In this document: positions 1 through 13,447 of the stretch, piece by piece
How positions within the stretch are numbered: position 1 is the first letter of the stretch
How the letters are laid out: every line of letters begins with the position of its first letter
From: Eledone cirrhosa
Lineage: Eukaryota
Length of the DNA: 64,000 nucleotides
Assembly (NCBI GenBank): GCA_964016885.1
Contig: OZ024740.1
Location: 227,850,001 to 227,914,000, forward strand
Reading direction: 5' to 3'
Notes under the pieces: model-generated
Told to the model about the DNA's origin: nothing
Databases searched by the model: none
Seen by the model: only the letters and a program-made list of their open reading frames with translations
Program-made: the position numbers and the translations under genes

Positions 1-3000
1 CCAGAGCTATCAGAATTTGGGCAATATACTTTTTAACTTTTAAAATCCTGTAATGATTAAGCAAAAAATATTTTTTTTAATATTTATAATAATAATAATA
101 ATAATGAGGTGCACTACAACTCGTCAAATGTTTATAGTGTTTTTACTATTGGACAGGTTTGGTGTGAACATTTGCAGTATTAGAATGGACCCCAAGCAAG
201 ATGGTTGGGTAACAATTGAACTTGGCTGATCTTGCTAGGGGATCCAGCTGGATCAATTGGAAACAGTTACTTCTGACAGGACCCACTGGAAGGCATGCTT
301 GAGGACTCTGTCCCAAAGACTCTCCCAGGAATAAGGAGGAGGAGGTGGAGAAGAAGGACGAGAAGATGACAACATATTTTTAATGTGATGCAGTCATTGT
401 GTTGTTTTGCACTTTCCATGAGTGGGTTGCTAATGCTGTTTCATGTGGTACACTACGTTAAGAACTAAAAAAAAAAAAGCTAATATTGACCTCGAATCTA
501 ACTCAACTCCTCATTTTACCATTGATTTTTTTTTTGTCACATATTTCTCGGCTTATATATGAGTATATACGGTGAATTGTTTATATCTCTTTCTCTCACT
601 CTACTCCAAAGATGTGTAGGCATATGAACAGATGTTAAGTATGGAGATGATTCCTAACAACATAGAGTTTGTAAAGAGATCCAGGTAATGATGTCTACGA
701 AAGACAAGCCCATTTAGTTGTCTTATTGTGGACCAGAAAAGAGGGAACTAAGAGCCACCTTAGAGCAGAAAACACAAAAGTGAAAAAAGTAAAAAAAAAA
801 AAGAAAATAAATAGAAAGAAGACAGAGAGAATAGGATAGTGGGGGACATTACAATAACAAGACTCTGAAGTGAAGACCCACGATTGCTTGTTACTACTGT
901 TTCTTCAGCACCATTAATCAGAAATCAGGAAATAACCAAAACAGAAAATTAAAATTACCTCATTCTTATTGCTGCCAGCAACAATATAGGACAGCAAGAA
1001 GCTGAGGAATTGCCTTCTTCATCATAAGACTGGACTGGACAGAGCCTTGTATTAAATTTAGAAATTATGCAGTGACAAAAACCCACCCTAGAGCAGTGTT
1101 TCTTTCCTAAAATGGATTCTAAAGAACTCCAGTGTTTTGCAAAAAAAAAAGAAAAAACCCTCATAAACATTCTCACACCAGGTACATTTTATTGTGTCAC
1201 CAGCACTAGAAAGGTTGTCATATATTTGACACAAATTAAATGTCTTTTCAACTCTTTGTTTGACAAGTTCTCTAGGGATGGATGCCCTTCCAATCAAAAA
1301 TCAATTTACAGAGTGTACTGGATGCATTTTATCATGTCATTAACACTTATATAGAGTGCTATGCCCTTGACATAACTGAAGAGTTCTCTGATCTTTTTTC
1401 TTCTTTCTTATGGCATCGTTTCTACAGCTGGATGCCCTTCCTGCCACCTTACAAGGTGACGGTGCATTTTTGGTGGCACTAGCACCAGAGAGGTTGATGT
1501 GTCATATGTGTGCACGTGTGTGTGTGTGTGTACATGTATACATGTGTGTGTGCGTGTGTATACATATATATATATAAATAAATATACTCTTTAATTCCTT
1601 TTTCTTTTCTTTTGTTTCAGTCTCATGAGACTTTCGTTGCTATAAAAATCACAATACCTGGGAAATTTCAGTCATCACATAAAATTCTATGTGTACATGT
1701 TATAGCTTAATTGATATAAGTTATTGTTTTGTCTTGTCACTTACTTCAGTCAGTGCTTTAGCTTGTCTCAGACACTGTGATCCAAGGTAGACCAGCTGTA
1801 TCGTCAGTATGGGTCAAAACTGCCAGAAGTTTATCTCAACAGCTGAAGACCTTGGAGTTCTGTATCTTTTGTTTGTATTTTTATTTTCAAAATTTTTTTT
1901 TGAGGTTTCCCCTTCAAAACAAATTTTTTTGTTTTGTCTTGTTTTCATTTGTTGTATTTCCTTTGTTAATTTTCCTAACTTTATATATATGTATAATATA
2001 TATATAAAGCACTGGTGACACTAGTGCTTTGAGAAAACAACACCATACTTCAGCACTGGGTATATCAAAAGATTGAAATAACAGAGGCAAACTTTGTTCC
2101 ATCATTATGTTTTTCTGTTTTTTTCTGTTCAAATTCTAACTGTCTGACGAGGTCATGGATGTTGCATAATGATTATCATCAAAATATATATAACAGCGAA
2201 TATGATGAACAAAGTTAATTTTAACTTGTTGACTTACACTTCTTGTTTTCAAATTACTCCGGAGTAAACAGACCCACCTGCGCACTTCGTTGAGTGCTCT
2301 ACCCTGCATACTAAAGTGTTGGTAATTAACTAACACATACTCAAATTTATTTATTTATATATATAGAGAGAGAGAGAGAAATAGATAGATTTGTGTAAAT
2401 AGAGAGCAGCTTTTCCTTCAAATATTTTATATTAAAGACATAACTGCTTGAGCTTAAACTTCTTTATTAAATATTTTTCATCATCATTTAACGTCTATTT
2501 TCCATGCTTGCATGGGTTATACAGGCTGTCATATACTGAAGTTAGACTGGACAGGTGACTACATCTAGCTCATTCTCTGTTTCTGGTTCGGTTCCTAAGG
2601 CTGCATGCACTTTCTTAATGCTAAATCTAATGCAATAGTATTCTTAAATCTATTAATATCTCAAGACTTTATCAGCTTTATCATCAGAATGAAATGGTAA
2701 CAATGGCATGTTATTCTCAGGAATATTCATGGGAATATTAGTAAAATTGTCAATTCCAAATTAAAAACACTATTCAACAGTTGAGTCCTGGGAAATTTCA
2801 CAGTTAATTTGATGTGTGCAGTATCTAAGAAGGTCGATTTTTATTATCTTGTTAAGGGCAGTGGATTAGCAGAATCAGTAGAGCATCATACAAAATACTT
2901 TGTAGCATTATTGTTACGGATCTTTATATTCTGAGTTCAAATCCCACAGATGTTAGCTTTCTGCCTTTCATCATTACAGGGTCAATAAAATAAAGTACCA

Positions 3001-3465
3001 GTAATGCACTGGGATTGATTTAACCCTTTTGTTACAAACACGGCCAAAACCAGATCTGGTCATATGAAATAAAGTCACCCATTTTAAAGGTTTCCCATTT
3101 AAATTAAAATCTTCCAACATAATTTTATATAAGAACCTTATAAGTTACTATCTTAGTATTGAAATAATTAATAATTTTAGTAAATCACTCAAAATTCTTC
3201 ATTAATTAATTGAAACATTGTATTTCATTAGAAATGCAGTCATGAAAACAACTTTCTCCTTCCCTTCAAATTTCTGGCCTTGTGTCAAAAGTAGAAACAA
3301 TTATTTTACTAACAGTAAACCTTACATAGTTACACTTATTTTTTGTAGAACTCAATATAAAACTGTAGTGTTCCAAAGTAGTGTCTTTCTGTCTAATTCT
3401 ATTGTGCTGTACTGTATCATATACAGTGTTGGCTCCTTGTTGTAAATTCATGGTCCACCGATTAA

Positions 3466-3690
3466 CCCTTTTGGTACCAACCCGGCCACAACCATCTCTA
3501 GCCCTATGAAACAAAACCACTTATTTAAAAGGGTTTTTGTTTTATTTAAATCTTTCAACATAATTTTATATAAAATATTATAAATATTATTTTAATAATG
3601 AAATAATTAATAACTTTAATAAATTCCTGCAAATTCTTCATTAATTAATTGAAATATAATGTATATGATTAGAATATGGTAACAAAAGGG
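3466..3690. mobile_element. piggyBac-like MITE (truncated second copy at 3024-about 3245 inside a SINE)
   Basis: TTAA|CCCTTTTGGTACC ... GGTAACAAAAGGG|TTAA. Confidence 0.75.
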
Positions 3691-5482
3691 TTAAAAAGTG
3701 TTGTACTTATTTGACTGATGTAACAGTGTTCTAAAGTTGACAACTATCATGTTTATTTTGAAATTTATATATTACACTGATTGTCTAAATAAAATAAAGT
3801 ATACTATGCAGTTGCTAGTTTGGGACTCCGCATTAAGGAGGAGGCATGCCATTCTAATGTTTTTGTAATAGATTCTAAAGTTTAGAATTAGGTGTGATAA
3901 ATGTTATATTCTGTTATTAATGCAAATAAGTTTATTTATTCTATTTTGTACATATAAATAGAATTCAAACACCCAGTCGACACTGTAAACATGGTTGGCA
4001 TTAGGGCATCCAGCCATAGAAACCAAGCCAGAACCAATTCTGTATGAGCAAGACATGGACATCAGATCTGGCTTGTTTCACAATGGGACAACTCATTTAA
4101 TCCATGCTAGCATGGAAAAATGGATGTTAAACGGTGATGAAATATATTTTTTTTAAATCAATAGAAATAAAAGGAAAAAAAGTAGCATTGCAAAAGACTA
4201 TAAATGAGAGGAAAAGGAGATAAAAAGCAAGGACTGTTAGGCAACGAAAGACAAGAAGGGAAGAGAGTAACAGATTCTACATTTAAGAGTGGTGTTTCGA
4301 CTACACAAAATGGCAAAGGCATTGCAGTGGACAATTGCCAGCATCAGCCACCCCTCCTCACGGGGCTCCTTCCTCAGATGAGCTGCTGTCATTCCAATGA
4401 CATATTCATCCATTTTGTAACTAGGATGCATTCAGTTCTTGTATATGATATCTGCAGTTTATGTATTTTTACTGTGTGCTGCTTCTATTTTATCAGTGCG
4501 AATGTATAGTAGTGCTGATATGTGTGTGAGAGAGAGAGTATATGTATCCTATTTATCATCAACCTAAAACTTGACCTGACCCATCCACATACCCACACAT
4601 CCCATTATGACCCTCTTAGTAGCTAAACCTGACCTGACACCATTCCTCATATCACAGCACACAAACCCTTTTCCACCCCCACCCCAACAAACCATGGGCT
4701 AGTAGCAGCTATTCTCAGCATCACTATAATCCCCTCCCCTATCCAAGATCACAACCTTCCAACATCCCATTCAAATCTGTGCACCCCCACCCTTACAACT
4801 AGTCACAGCTCTAGTAGCTCTTATCATAATACCTCCCCACAATGCTAGGATGTCTACTCTTCCATGCACCTGTAAGATACAGAGGGTTCTTAACTTGAGT
4901 CAAAGAACAACAGTTTCTCTAGTGCCAGAGCCACCTGTAAGGTGGGTGGCAATAGGAAAGGCAACTTCTGCAGAAACCACACCAAATAGGCAGGGAGGAC
5001 CCCTCAGTAGTGTCAGGGGCACAACAATTTCTCTTGAGTTAGTGATCTAGATAATGTATTCATTACTCTGTAAAATAGCTGGTGATAGGAAGGGCATCCA
5101 ACCAAAGAAAACTTGACAAACAAAGGATCAGGACTCTTTCGTTATGGCATAGACATGACTATCTCCCTAGTGTTGATATATACATGATAAATACACCCAG
5201 TACATGTTGTAAAGTGGTTGGTGATAGAAAGGACATCCAGTTATAGAAAACCTACCAAGAAAAAGGTCAGGAGGGCTCTTCAGCTGTGTCAAGGGCATAA
5301 CTTCCCTAGCGTTGGTGCCACAATAAAATGCATTCGGTTGAGTGTGGGGTTGTATGTTGCATTCCCTGCCCACCTGGAAGTCTGTGATGACATGTTCAAC
5401 CCTCACTAGCAAGGAAAACGATACTAAAAAAATGATGATGTATATATGTCTATATATGCATTTGTGTGTATATATATAGAGA

Positions 5483-5890
5483 GGAGGCACATGGCTTAGT
5501 GGTTAGAGCATTGGGGTTGCAATCCAAAGGTTGTGAGTTCAATTCTCAGACCGGGTGATGTGTTGTTTCCTTGAGCAAGACACTTCATTTCACATTGCTC
5601 CAGTTTACTCAGCTGTAGAAATGAGATGATAGGACTGGGGTCCCTATCATTCCACTGCAAAGTGGTCGTGGAGGTGCAATGGCAAAAAAGCACCCAGCAC
5701 TCACTGTAAATGAGGTTGGTGTTAGGAAGGGCATCCAGCTGTAGAAATCAAGCCAGAATCAGTTCCCGTATGAGCAAGACAAGGTCACCTGACTGGAAAC
5801 TACTCACAAGACAACCCGTCTAACCCATGCTAGCGTGGAAGAATTGACGTAAAAACGGTGATGATGATGATAATGATGATAATGATGATG
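5483..5890 (+). mobile_element. tRNA-derived CORE-type SINE with RTE-shared 3' tail
   Basis: A box TGGCTTAGTGG, B box GTTCAATTC, CORE-like ccttgagcaagacactt...cagtttactcagctgtagaaatg, (GAT)n tail. Confidence 0.85.
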
Positions 5891-5902
5891 AAGATATATA
5901 TA

Positions 5903-6237
5903 TCATCATCATCATTTTACATCCGCTTTTCCCTGCTTGCAAGGGTGGGACGGGAACTGATTCTGGCTTGATTTCTACAGCTGGATGCCCTTCCTAACAC
6001 CAACCTCATTTACAGTGAGTGCTGGGTGCTTTTTTTCCGTGGCGCCTCCACGTCCACTTTACAGTGGAATGATAGGGACCCCAGTCCTTATCATCTCATT
6101 TCTACAGCTGAGTAAACTGGAGCAATGTGAAATAAAGTGTCTTGCTCAAGGAAACAGCACATCACCCGGTCTGAGAATTGAACTCACAGCCTTTCGATTG
6201 CAAGGCCAATGCTCTAACCACTAAGCCATGTGCCTCC
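5903..6237 (-). mobile_element. CORE-type SINE, tail-to-tail with the previous copy
   Basis: Reverse complement of the same family. Confidence 0.85.
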
Positions 6238-6606
6238 ATATATATATGTAAATAAAACCATTATTGCTCCAATCGGTTGACAAACACAGAAATACCCTAA
6301 ACCGAATGCTAACCTGCACTTGTGGCTTCTGCTAAACCAAACAACCCACCCTCCAAATTTTTGCAAACCGACCACCCACCTTTCCAAACTCAGCATACTG
6401 AAGCAAACCGCAACAGCCACCAATTGGGGAAGACATTTAGAATAGGTACACCATATTCCTGCATGTCATAAGAGATGACTAAAAGCATTGGCACCAGGAA
6501 GGGCATCCAGTTGTATAACAGTCTCAAAATAACCTTTCCAACTTATGCCACCATGGAAAGGTGGACGTAAAAACAATGATGATAGAATGCATATACATAC
6601 ATATAC

Positions 6607-8168
6607 ATCATCATCATCATCACCGTTTTACGTCCGTTCTTCCATGCTAGCATGGGTTAGACGGGTTGTCCTGTTGTGGGCAGTGTCTGGTCGGCTGACC
6701 ATGCCTTGCTCATACAGGAACTGATTCTGGCTCGATTTCTACAGCTGGATGCCCTTCCTAACACCAACCTCATTTACAGTGAGTGCTGGGTGCTTTTTTC
6801 CGTGACGTCTACACGTCCACTTTACAGTATGGGCTGAGTGCTTTTTTGCCGTGGCACCTCCACGATCACTTTGCAGTGGGAGGGTGTGGGGGAATATTGT
6901 TTATATGCTTCAGCTTGTACCCATGGGAGGTCGGGTACTCTGTATTACTGCGTGACGCCAGGTCACGGTCGTGTGTCATTGCCTTTGAGAGGTGTAATTG
7001 GGTAAGGTCGGCTTTTATCACCTCATCCCAAGTCTTCTTGGGTCTCACCACTCCACGGTTTCCATTGACTTCTAGTGCTCTGCACCTTTTTATGCAGCTG
7101 CCATCCTTCATACGCATCACATGTCCATACCGATGCAACCGCCTCTCCTGCACACAGCATTTGATTCCTCTTATGATCAGTCTCTCTCTCAATTCATTTA
7201 TGCTTTGCCATTTACGTATATTACTATTACATATCCATCGGAGCATGCAGGCTTCGTTTCTTTCTAATCTATGTAAGTCTTCCACCTTCAGCGCCCAGGT
7301 CTCACTACCATGCAACATTGCTGTTCGGATACACACATCATACAGTCTGCCTTTCATTTTGAGGGAGATGCCTTTTGCAGCTAGCAGTGGTAGTAGTTCC
7401 CTAAACTTCTTCCATCCCGTTCTTACCCTAGTTATTGTACTTTCTGAACACCCACCTCTGCTGCTAATTCAGTCACCTAGGTAGCAGAAGCTGTCTACTG
7501 TTTCTACAGAGCCCTCCCAGAGATTGGTGGTACTTATTTCCTGTGGCTGTTTGCTGCTTGCTGTCCCAGCACAGCTGCTACATGTGAAGCCTACATTCTT
7601 AATTAAGCTTCCTGAGATCCCGCTACATCTCTTGTGTACCCATTGTTTGCATTTGGGGCAGAGAATGGAGTTCCTACCTACATCTTTCCTACATACTGAG
7701 CAAGGCCATTTCCCTGAGGGGATCTGGGTTGTTTTCTCGTCTACTTACAAGGACCTTAGTCTTTGTCATGTTGACTTTGAGACCCTTTCTTTCTAGTCCC
7801 TGCTTCCAAGTTTGGAATTTCTTCTCTAGTTCTACCATAGATTCAGCTATAAGTGCGAGGTCATCTGCATACAGAGTTCCCATGGGCATCCGGTCTTAAA
7901 CTCCTCCGTTATTGCTTGCAGGACTATGATGAACAGGAGAGGGCTAAGAACAGAGCCCTGGTGGACACCAACCTGTACGCTAAATTCCTCGCTATACTCA
8001 TTGCTAATCCTAACTTTACTGACTGCTCCCCTATACATGGCTTGTACAGCTTTCACAAGCCATTCATCTACTCTTAGTTTTCTAAGAGCCCACCAGATTA
8101 TAGCACATGGAACTCTGTCAAAGGCTTTCTCGAGATCGATGAATGCCAGGTAGAGTGGCTTACTTTTA
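6607..8168 (-). mobile_element. Older 5'-truncated copy of the same RTE LINE
   Basis: Colinear with about 58604-60170; several frameshifts and stops; (GAT)n tail. Confidence 0.93.
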
Positions 8169-8744
8169 GCATATACTTATATATGTATATAATCACCAGC
8201 CAATGCTGGCTACTAATACTGCCATGGTTGTGATGGTCTGTGACTAGACAAGTCGGAGTGACTTCATCTTGCTCATATATTCTATATCTTGGCACGGTTT
8301 CTATGGCTGGATGCCCTTCCTTATGCTAACCACCTGAAAATACTAGGTGGATTTTCTTATGACACTAGAGAACTTGTGTGTGTGTGTATATATAAATATA
8401 TTATACATGTATATATGCACACAATCACCCATTGCACATGTATAATATTCAGAGCATATAGTAAATCTTCATTTACACTATACATAAACACTATAGGTAC
8501 ATGTACGTATTTAAGCATGCATGTATACACGTGTGTGTATAGAAGAGGTGTACTCTTAAAAGTACTCAAGTTTTGTATAAATTTACGTCTCAACACCCAC
8601 CCCATTCCAACATGTTAAAATAGTCATTGAAATTTGAATGTTTGTATCTATGTGTATGCATACGTACGTTTGTGAGTATGAATGTATGTACGTTTATGCG
8701 TATGAATGTAAGAAGTAGGTTTGCGTGTGAACGTACATACGTAT

Positions 8745-9360
8745 GTCAGGTCACCAGTTGGTGCTACTGGTAACATGTATCCCAGTACAACCTGTCTCAT
8801 GGTCGGGTCGTTGGCGACTAAACTGGCAACCCCACCAAGGTTTCTTGGTGAGGAGGGTGACTTTGGACATCCTGCAGGACTAAAAACAAAACCTGTCAAA
8901 AGGGCAAGGGAGCTCTTAAGACTCAATAGCCATCCAAAATCACCGGGAGAGATGACCCCTTAGCCTTTGTCAAGGCAGAATTCTAGGAGAAGGAAAACTC
9001 TGATATAACACCTGCAACCCTGATGGTATCCAATGATGTTGACTTGTTCTTCTTTTTGGTAAATATCATCTTGGTTAAGAGAGTGGGACTGGCTTTGTGC
9101 AGTGCCTTTGCTCACTATAAAAGCTTCACAGCACAGGCATTGCTTTATATCTGGAGATCTCTCTGCACTTGTTATCACATGGTCAATATGATGCACTATG
9201 TGTCAATAATGGTCACAAGTGTAGTCTTTGTACCAGAGTTTTCAAGTCGCTGGCTGGACTAAAAAGTCACATTCGTTCAGCGCATCGGTAGGGGTTCTCC
9301 TACATGGATATAAAGCAGTGGCCGTACTCGAAAACGAGTTGGCAGCCACCATGTATGTAT
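8745..9360 (+). mobile_element. Non-coding, about 610-bp non-autonomous retroelement with RTE-like 5' motif and (ATGT)n tail
   Basis: Contains aaggca...tctaggagaaggaaaactctga, recalled as an RTE 5'UTR motif; near-identical copies at 31982-33508. Confidence 0.75.
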
Positions 9361-10413
9361 ATAGAAAATACTTTTTTTTTTATCTATACAAACATATTTG
9401 AATCAGATTGTTCTGGAGAGAAAGAGAAATCAGCAGTAAGAAGCGTGTGTGTTCGTTCGTTGATTATGTTTCGATGACACACGCACCAAATATGCATCGG
9501 CCCGCCATAGCATCCCAGACACCTCCACCCTGTACACCTAGGGAGGTGTGGAGGTATACGCATATGAGCATGGTCACGTACGCACCCAAGCACGCATATT
9601 AAACGAAGCACATTCACACGCATCGCTACACAAGCAAATAGTCACGCACAGATACGTACACACACATACTGGCAGCTGTTGTGTTTAGACATAGGTAAGC
9701 AAGCAAGGTCGCACTCGTATACGCACGCGTACACATACACAGAAAAACAAACACGCATGTACGAACGTGTATCCATTCGCAAGGACATACGTGAATACCA
9801 TTTTCACACACACACACACATACACATACATAGATATATATATAAACACACACACACAGACGAGGTGAACACACATCCTTTGGCAAACACACAAGTGGAT
9901 AGATATACATATAGAGACATGCTGATACCGCATATAAACAATGCATATATGTATACATACGTGCATCAGAGAAGGGAAGTCACACATAAAAGTGAGCGCA
10001 TACATACTTATTGATACTTACATAACCGCATGTATGGAGAGGGACAAACATATCAAAAACAAAGCAGGCGCTATAGACGGACACATATACAGGAAAGACC
10101 GGCATCATAGCAAATATATATAGCGACAAGTTTACACATGTAGACTACAATTAGATGTTGGCAACATAAACACACTAACAGCATAATTGCATGCAGACAG
10201 TCATACACATAAATACAAAAACCTGAGCGAGACCGGGATTCACGCAACTTCCTATGAATGGATGAATGTGTTTTATGTATGTTTAAGTGTGCATGTACTT
10301 ACATACATTCAAATATGTATGTGTATACACGAGCGTTTGTGTCTGCATGCATTTAAATGTGGGTTTTTGAGTTTGCGTGCATCAAGAGTAAATGTACATG
10401 TTTGTTTATGTGC

Positions 10414-10751
10414 ATTTAAATATGCATGTGTATACGTGGCTAGATGCATGTGTTTGTGTATACGTGCATTCAAATAGGTGTATACTTGAGTAGATGTGCG
10501 TTGTTTGTGCCTGCGTGTATTTAAATATGTATGTGTATACGTGGCTAGATGCATGTGTTTGTGTATACGTGCATTCAAATAGGTGTATACTTGAGTAGAT
10601 GTGCGTTGTTTGTGCCTGCGTGTATTTAAATATGTATGTGTATACGTGGCTAGATGCATGTGTTTGTGTATACGTGCATTCAAATAGGTGTATACTTGAG
10701 TAGATGTGCGTTGTTTGTGCCTGCGTGTATTTAAATATGTATGTGTATACG
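10414..10751. repeat. Minisatellite of three near-identical 105-bp units inside a degenerate TG-rich array (about 10260-11220)
   Basis: cgtggc ends at 10440, 10545 and 10650. Confidence 0.9.
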
Positions 10752-11921
10752 CGAATGGATGTGCGTGTTAGTGCCTACGTGCATTCACATATGTATGTGT
10801 ATATGTGAGTAAATGCGTGTTTATGTCTACGCGAGTAGACCTGTGTGCTTGTGCCTGCCTGCATTTAAATATGTCTACGACAGCGGGTGTTTGTGTCTGT
10901 GCGCATTAAAATATGTGTAGTTTGTGTCTACGTGTGTTTGTACCTGCATGCATTCAAATATGTATGTGTATATGTGAATAAATGCTTGTGTTTGTGTCTA
11001 AGTGAGTAGATCTCTGTGTTTGTGCCTGCGTGCATTTAAATATGTATACGTATGAGTAAATGCGTGTGTTTGTGTCTACGTGAGTAGATCTGTGTTTGTG
11101 CCTGCATACATTTAGATGTGTCTACGCGAGTGGGTGTGTGTGTGTGCGCATTTAAATATGTATGTGTATATGCGAGTTGATATGTGTATTTGTATGTACT
11201 TGAGTAGATGTGTCTGTGTACATTAAAGTATATGTGATTGCGGCTGCTGATTTGAACCATCACCGAGTGCAGATCAGTGACTCCAGGTAAAGAACACTAG
11301 AAGAAATGAAAACTTGCACTTGAATGATCTCAATACAGACGAAGCTGAGAGCATCAGTCTGGGCACATCATTTAATGTAAGCCAACGATCTATCTTATTC
11401 AATATGCACACGGAAGCAAGTTACAAAAGTTCGTGTTTTGAGAAAGATATAATAATAAACGAAATATCTAGCATCCTCATAATCAATCTATATTTTCGTA
11501 TTTATATTTAGAACAAAAAAAAATGATAAAGGAAAGAAAAAAACATGATTGGCAATAGAGAGTCGGGGCTATTTTTATCGACTGTTTTTCGATTTCCGGA
11601 TGCAATCATATTTATTTCATAAGTCAGCATCAATACAGTAAGTATAGGCGGCAGATTAGCAGAATTGTCAGTCGGCTAGAAATAAATGATTTGCGGTATA
11701 CATTCTGACATTGTGCATACAGAGTTCAAATCCCGCCGAGGTCAACTTTGCCTTGCATCTTTTTGGTGTCGATAAATGAACTTCCAGTGTTCTCTCTCTC
11801 TTTCTCCCGAATCGGCTATGTGAAGGTGTCCAGAAAGGATCGCTCACATTGTGAGCACCAACAATCCTTTCACCAGCACATAAACATGAACACGAAAGAG
11901 AAAAATAATGATACACAAGGG

Positions 11922-12304
11922 CAGAGGTGGGCAAACATTTTGGATCGGGGGCCACATTGATTGGCTCGTGAACACCAGAGGGCTGCACCATTTATTATTG
12001 GATATAGTGTGCCAGTAACCTTAATTTTCTTTAGTTAGAATTTAGAAAATATAAAATATAAACTGCATGATTATAATACATAAATTAATAATATGATTAA
12101 ATACAAAAATCTTAAAACAAAGTTTTCTTTTAATTTGTGTCTGTACATCACAAAACATACCAGAACAAGAACGTAACTAGATCTAGTCTCCGTTTCAGTA
12201 TTATATACGAAAATTTGTTGATTCTTATTTTTTTTTAATAATTCACCGAATGCTTCCACTGACCACACAAAACTCTTTGGCGGGCCGTAGTTTGCCCACC
12301 CCTG
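11922..12304. mobile_element. hAT (Charlie-like) MITE
   Basis: TIR CAGAGGTGGGCAAAC / GTTTGCCCACCCCTG; degenerate 8-bp TSD cacaaggg/cactagag. Confidence 0.8.
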
Positions 12305-13257
12305 CACTAGAGAAAAATGCATGAAAGTCACAATTTTTTTTCTCACATTAATTAAACCCGAAGTTGAAGTCTCTGCAGGAAATCATGATAACTGCCTGGA
12401 AATTTGGCAATTTTTTCGGGAAGAACTGCGACTAAAATTACAATAGGTAATTGAAAGAAACATCATATCATTTTTGCCAATAACATAAAATATTGACACA
12501 TGTCACCACATCCATAGGAACTTCCTCTAAACATTTCGTGTGCTATGTCAACAATAAGGAAAAGGTTATTGATTCGATCGATAACACTCTTTCTCTAAAA
12601 TATATGGCCTTGAACCAAATTTAGAACTCATCATTATTAACACCGGTTCGGTTTTGCTTTCCATCCTTCCGGGGTCGAATCTTGATTAACACCGGTTCGA
12701 TTTGGCGTTTCATCCTTCTTGAGGGGGGGGGGGGGGGGTAAAATAAATACCAGTTCAGTAATAATGGGGCCGAAATACTCGATTATTCCTTCCCACAAAT
12801 ATTTCTGGCCATGTACCAACTTAAGAAATTATTATTAAAGACAGTAAAGGCAGTGAATGAGAAGAATCTTTAAGTATTTAGTTACGATCTGAGCTCAAAT
12901 CCCGTCGAGGTCAACTGAATTTTATCTATATCTATCCGGGGGTCTATAAAATAAGTACCAGCCAAGCATATATATATATATCATTATAGCCTAAAGAAAA
13001 ACCAGCGTTTTCCACAGTTCGCCCACATGTGCCAATCACTGCTTCCCTTAAAGCCCGGAATAATGCGTTCTCTCAGACATCGTCAAAATGAGACGCCCGA
13101 CTTTCATTTTAGGCTGACATTATTGGTTAACTTTGCCTTTCATCCTTACGCGGTCGATAAAATAAAGTACCAGTAATGCACTGAATAATTGCTGTACTTG
13201 TGCCAAAAGTAGAAACAATTGTGCATGCCTAATGATGACCATTATCATATATACATA

Positions 13258-13447
13258 TGGCAGTGGATTGGCAGTATCGATAGAGGGTCGGACGCCATGC
13301 TTTCCAGCATGGTTACGTCCCTTTACGATCTGAGTTCAAATCCCGCCGAGATTGACTTTGCCTTTCATCCTTACGGGGTCGATAAAATAAAGTACCAGTA
13401 ATGTACTGATTAATTGCTGGCCTTGTGCCTAAAGTAGAAACAATTAT
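13258..13447 (+). mobile_element. Meta-type SINE, representative of about 25 copies (also about 2856-3305, 11646-11790, 12640-13220, 14155-15335, 16800-17300, 19240-19712, 27817-28000, 31773-31880, 34510-34680, 45308-45695, 55615-55830)
   Basis: B box GAGTTCAAATCC followed by the Meta-domain-like gcctttcatccttacggggtcgataaaataaagtaccag and tail ggccttgtgcc.aaagtagaaacaatt. Confidence 0.8.

Noticed and set aside
955-4510. Short ORFs with nearby splice-like signals (about 960-1060, 1745-1860, 2020-2310, 4270-4440)
   Set aside because: No recognisable protein homology or consistent exon chain.
5483-5560. tRNA-Cys-like sequence
   Set aside because: It is a SINE head followed by a CORE-like body and repeated four times; not a stand-alone tRNA gene.
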